Source: a virus (Duplodnaviria > Heunggongvirae > Uroviricota > Caudoviricetes). Taken from it: DNA of 64,000 nucleotides. Location of the stretch: IMG/VR virus record IMGVR_UViG_3300038393_002131; one strand, given 5' to 3'. Within the stretch, counting starts at the first letter, position 1; every line of letters starts with the position of its first letter. Of the stretch, positions 61,428 to 64,000 are shown piece after piece. The position numbers and the translations under genes were made by a program. The notes beneath the pieces are model-generated. The model was not told the origin of the DNA. It ran no database searches and saw nothing but the letters and a program-made list of their open reading frames with translations.

Positions 61428-61849
61428 CGCGGGCACCGGCAACCCGTGACGGTGCCCCGCTTGCGGTGCCGACGCAGCGTGTACGCCGCCACGACGGCGC
61501 CCGTGCGGTTCGTGAGCACGGTCGCGACCCCGGCCGCCGGGTAGGCGTCGTCGTCGACGCGCTTGCGCACCTCGGCCGCGACGGTCTCGTCGGTGGCCGC
61601 GATCCGGGCCAGGGCGACGGAGACGCTGCACACGGGCCCGGGCTTGGCTGGCGCGGAGACGAGCTCGGTCAGATCGTCGAGGATGCCGACGACGTCAGCG
61701 GGGGAGTCATGGGAGAGGTTGCGTGTCACGTCGCGCACGATGAGGGAGGCCCGGCCCTTGCGTCGCGCCCTCGCGTGGACGGTGGCTGTCAGGGCGGCCG
61801 CGTAGCGTCTGCTCTCGGTGGTCGACCGGCACCCATTCACATCAACCAT
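61424..61849 (-). CDS. hypothetical protein (~141 aa)
   Basis: Start at MVDVNGCRS; located after the capsid-gene terminator. Confidence 0.45.
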   Translation of the reverse strand: MVDVNGCRSTTESRRYAAALTATVHARARRKGRASLIVRDVTRNLSHDSPADVVGILDDLTELVSAPAKPGPVCSVSVALARIAATDETVAAEVRKRVDDDAYPAAGVATVLTNRTGAVVAAYTLRRHRKRGTVTGCRCPR

Positions 61850-61917
61850 GAATGCTCGTCGTGTCACGTTCACTTGCGTCACCGCCCCTGACGCACCGCG
61901 CCGGCCACCAAAGACGC

Positions 61918-61951
61918 GAGAGGCCCCCCACCCGAAGGTGGAGGGCCTCTC
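61918..61951 (-). terminator. intrinsic terminator after the major capsid gene
   Basis: 15-bp GC stem (one mismatch), loop CGAA, followed in minus sense by TCTTTGG. Confidence 0.6.
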
Positions 61952-61983
61952 GTCATGACAGGCCGTCAGGGACGACCCGTGGC

Positions 61984-63282
61984 TCACGCCGGGACGGTCC
62001 AGCTGCCCACGACGAAGCTCTCCGGGCGAGCGACCTCGAGCGCCAGGCGCTCGGTCGCGAGGAAGGTGCACGCGCCGTCCGTGAAGTTGGTCCCGTGCTC
62101 CGTGCTCGCGACGACCTTGACGCTCTCGCGGTCGTGCAGCTGGGCGCCGGTGCCGAACGCGCCGACGAGGAACTTCGCGTCGTCCATGGCGGTCGTCTCG
62201 ACGACCCGGAGGCGCCAGACGCGCTTCTCGGCGCCGATCGCGACGGAGACGGCGACACGGAACGCACCCGTGCTGTCCTCCTCGACCTCCACGGCCTCCC
62301 ACATCGTCGGCGAGAGAACGATGCCGTTCATCTCGTACTCCGCGAGGAGACCCTTGGTGATCGCGCGGCGGATCTGGACCGAGTAGCCGTCGGCGGCGAG
62401 ACCCGTGTAGGCCTGGACGCCGGGGCTGTTGAACAGACCCGTGATCTTCTCGCCCGACCCCGTGGAGTGCAGGAGGTCGTTGTCCTCGGCGTACTTGACG
62501 CCCTCGACGAGGCGGTTGTTGATGAACGACTTGAGTCGCCCGTCGTCCGCGAGGATGTTGACGTGCGCGTCGAGCGAGTGCTTGATCTCCGCGACGGGGA
62601 ACAGCACGGGCTCGAGGCGCAGCTTCGACTTCGGCGCGCGGCCGAACACGTCGTCGTCGGCGCCGGTGGCCGGGGACACGCCGTCGGCGGCGTAACGCTG
62701 CGCGACCTGCGCGGCGTTGTTCGTCCAGCCGAGCTCACGGAGCCCCGTCAGGACGGACGCCTTCGTGGTCGACTTCGGGAACAGGTCCCGAATGTGCATC
62801 TTGCGGTAGGCGCGCTCCGCGATGCCGAGGTCCTGGTTGGTGCCGAGGGCCTGGAACTCGTGGCTGCCGGCCGCGAAGTTGTAGAGGGACTTGCCCTCGA
62901 GCTGGACGGTGATGTTCGACACGTTGTCGAACCCGGCCTTCGCGGCGCGCTGGTAGGCCTCGGCGTCGGTGAACGCGTCACCGAGCGACTTGCCCTCGAG
63001 GCGGCCGGCGCCGGCGTCGAGCGCGGCCTCGGACGGACGCTCGGGGGCGTTGAGGTAGTCGTAGCCCTCGGCGACCTTCTCGACGGCGTCGATGAAGCTC
63101 TTGGCCTCGGCGGCCTCCATGACGGCGGTCTTGTACTTCGTGTACTCCTCGCGGGAGATCTCGAAGCGGCCCTTCTCGTCGGTCTTGAAACCGGAGGCGA
63201 TGCCCTCGATGTCGGCGTTCTTCTGCTCGAGGTCGGCCTTGGCCGCGGCGAGCATGCTCTTGTCGAGCGTGGCGGTGCTCAT
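61984..63282 (-). CDS. major capsid protein (HK97-like, with an N-terminal scaffold-like helical segment)
   Basis: 432 aa; N-terminal coiled-coil-like ~100 aa then a mixed alpha/beta domain; own promoter region and strong terminator. Confidence 0.75.
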   Translation of the reverse strand: MSTATLDKSMLAAAKADLEQKNADIEGIASGFKTDEKGRFEISREEYTKYKTAVMEAAEAKSFIDAVEKVAEGYDYLNAPERPSEAALDAGAGRLEGKSLGDAFTDAEAYQRAAKAGFDNVSNITVQLEGKSLYNFAAGSHEFQALGTNQDLGIAERAYRKMHIRDLFPKSTTKASVLTGLRELGWTNNAAQVAQRYAADGVSPATGADDDVFGRAPKSKLRLEPVLFPVAEIKHSLDAHVNILADDGRLKSFINNRLVEGVKYAEDNDLLHSTGSGEKITGLFNSPGVQAYTGLAADGYSVQIRRAITKGLLAEYEMNGIVLSPTMWEAVEVEEDSTGAFRVAVSVAIGAEKRVWRLRVVETTAMDDAKFLVGAFGTGAQLHDRESVKVVASTEHGTNFTDGACTFLATERLALEVARPESFVVGSWTVPA

Positions 63283-63501
63283 GATGTTTGGGGGTCCTTT
63301 CCCGTGTTCGCTGGCTGCGTGTGGCTGGTGTCAGCTCGTCCGCCCGGCCAGCGCCGGGACAGCCCGTCTAACGGAGCGGGAAGGTGTCAGGGGCGAAATG
63401 CTTGTGTCGCGTCCTCACGCGATAGCGTTGACTCGCTAAAGTCGTGCGGGTAGCGTTCGCAGGGCCGGGAAGCGTCCCCGGCAGACACACACGGAGGACC
63501 A
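63283..63501. promoter_or_regulatory. divergent promoter region between the capsid gene (minus) and a plus-strand operon
   Basis: Plus: class-II motif at 63400-63417, TTGACT-N17-TAGCGT, sense hairpin and RBS before 63502; minus: hairpin CCCGGCGCTGGCCGGG and RBS GAAAGGA before 63282. Confidence 0.5.
63400..63417 (+). repeat. class-II motif copy upstream of the capsid gene and of a plus-strand promoter
   Basis: GCTTGTGTCGCGTCCTCA. Confidence 0.6.
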
Positions 63502-63888
63502 ATGACCCTGTCGTTTGACGACTTGCTGACCGAGCCAGCACCGCCCGCCGCGCGGACCGAGAACAGGCCGCACGTGCTCGTGCTCACCTACGACGAGGAC
63601 GGCGACGCCGAGTTCGACATCGAGCACCACGACGACTGCCCGACTGTGGCCCGCTGGGACGGCGAGGTGCTCGACTACGACTGCGCCGTCGGCATGGAGG
63701 TCGCCAGCTCAGGCATCGAGTTCTCGTTCAGCGGCACCCCGGAGGAGGACCACTCCTACGCCGAGCCGCTGCGGGTGCCCGGCCGCTACCTCATCGAGTG
63801 GTGGACCGAGACCCACCGCGGGTTCGACTACACCGAGTACGACGCCGGGCTCCGGCTCGTCTACCCCGAGGAGGCCCACCGTGGCTGA
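63502..63888 (+). CDS. hypothetical acidic protein (128 aa), plus strand
   Basis: RBS GGAGGA, sense-orientation leader hairpin GCCGGGAAGCGTCCCCGGC and promoter TTGACT-N17-TAGCGT upstream. Confidence 0.5.
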   Translation: MTLSFDDLLTEPAPPAARTENRPHVLVLTYDEDGDAEFDIEHHDDCPTVARWDGEVLDYDCAVGMEVASSGIEFSFSGTPEEDHSYAEPLRVPGRYLIEWWTETHRGFDYTEYDAGLRLVYPEEAHRG

Positions 63889-64000
63889 TGACGTGGTTCG
63901 CCTCGAAACCAACATCGCACTGGATACCGCGGACGTGATCCGAGACGAGATGGCGCGCACGGACGCGAACATCACCGACACGGTCACGGCCGCCGTCGCC
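63881..64000 (+). CDS. hypothetical protein, N-terminal fragment (continues beyond window)
   Basis: GTG at 63881 overlapping the upstream stop by 8 nt; open to the window end. Confidence 0.35.
   Translation, partial: MADDVVRLETNIALDTADVIRDEMARTDANITDTVTAAVA

Overview
This is a GC-rich (roughly 65-70% by eye) tailed-phage genome segment of actinobacterial type, and it looks like a siphovirus with an HK97-like head module. Nearly every gene is on the minus strand and packed tightly; many pairs overlap by 4 or 8 nt (ATGA/GTGA). The left ~43 kb (1-42.7 kb) is an early/accessory region. It encodes two C5-cytosine DNA methyltransferases, a DpdA/TGT-like transglycosylase, SSB, a DnaC-like helicase loader, a replication initiator with an internal iteron cluster, a WhiB-like regulator and wHTH regulators. 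It also carries dCMP deaminase, a MazG-like pyrophosphohydrolase, a DUF4326 protein, a DUF1643 protein, an HNH endonuclease, a ParB-like nuclease-domain protein and an SPFH/band-7 protein. Several secreted or membrane proteins are present: a LysM protein, lipoproteins and a Tat-signal esterase. A three-gene plus-strand operon encodes an ECF-type sigma factor, a small downstream protein and a membrane protein. The right ~20 kb holds holin-like/membrane genes, the tail module (Tal/receptor-binding giant protein, Dit, tape measure protein (TMP), frameshifted G/GT chaperones, major tail protein), head-tail joining genes, a dNMP kinase, a metallophosphoesterase and a monocistronic major-capsid gene. 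No integrase, terminase large subunit, portal, DNA polymerase or recognisable endolysin is present in the window. The most unusual feature is the non-coding DNA. More than 20 near-identical promoter-leader cassettes (-35 TTGCCC/TTGACC, N17, -10 TAAAGT-like, GC stem-loop with invariant AGCGUC loop, GACACAC, purine RBS) precede early genes. A second motif, GCTTGTGTCGCGTCCTCA, occurs in at least ten copies in one orientation. GCGCGC-rich repeats occupy intergenic DNA around 39.5-43.3 kb and at 56.9 kb. Hairpin terminators follow many genes. The ORF track contains many long antisense or out-of-frame Arg/Pro/Gly-rich ORFs that I regard as GC-frame artefacts; gene starts were re-assigned using RBS, leader hairpin and overlap with the upstream stop codon.
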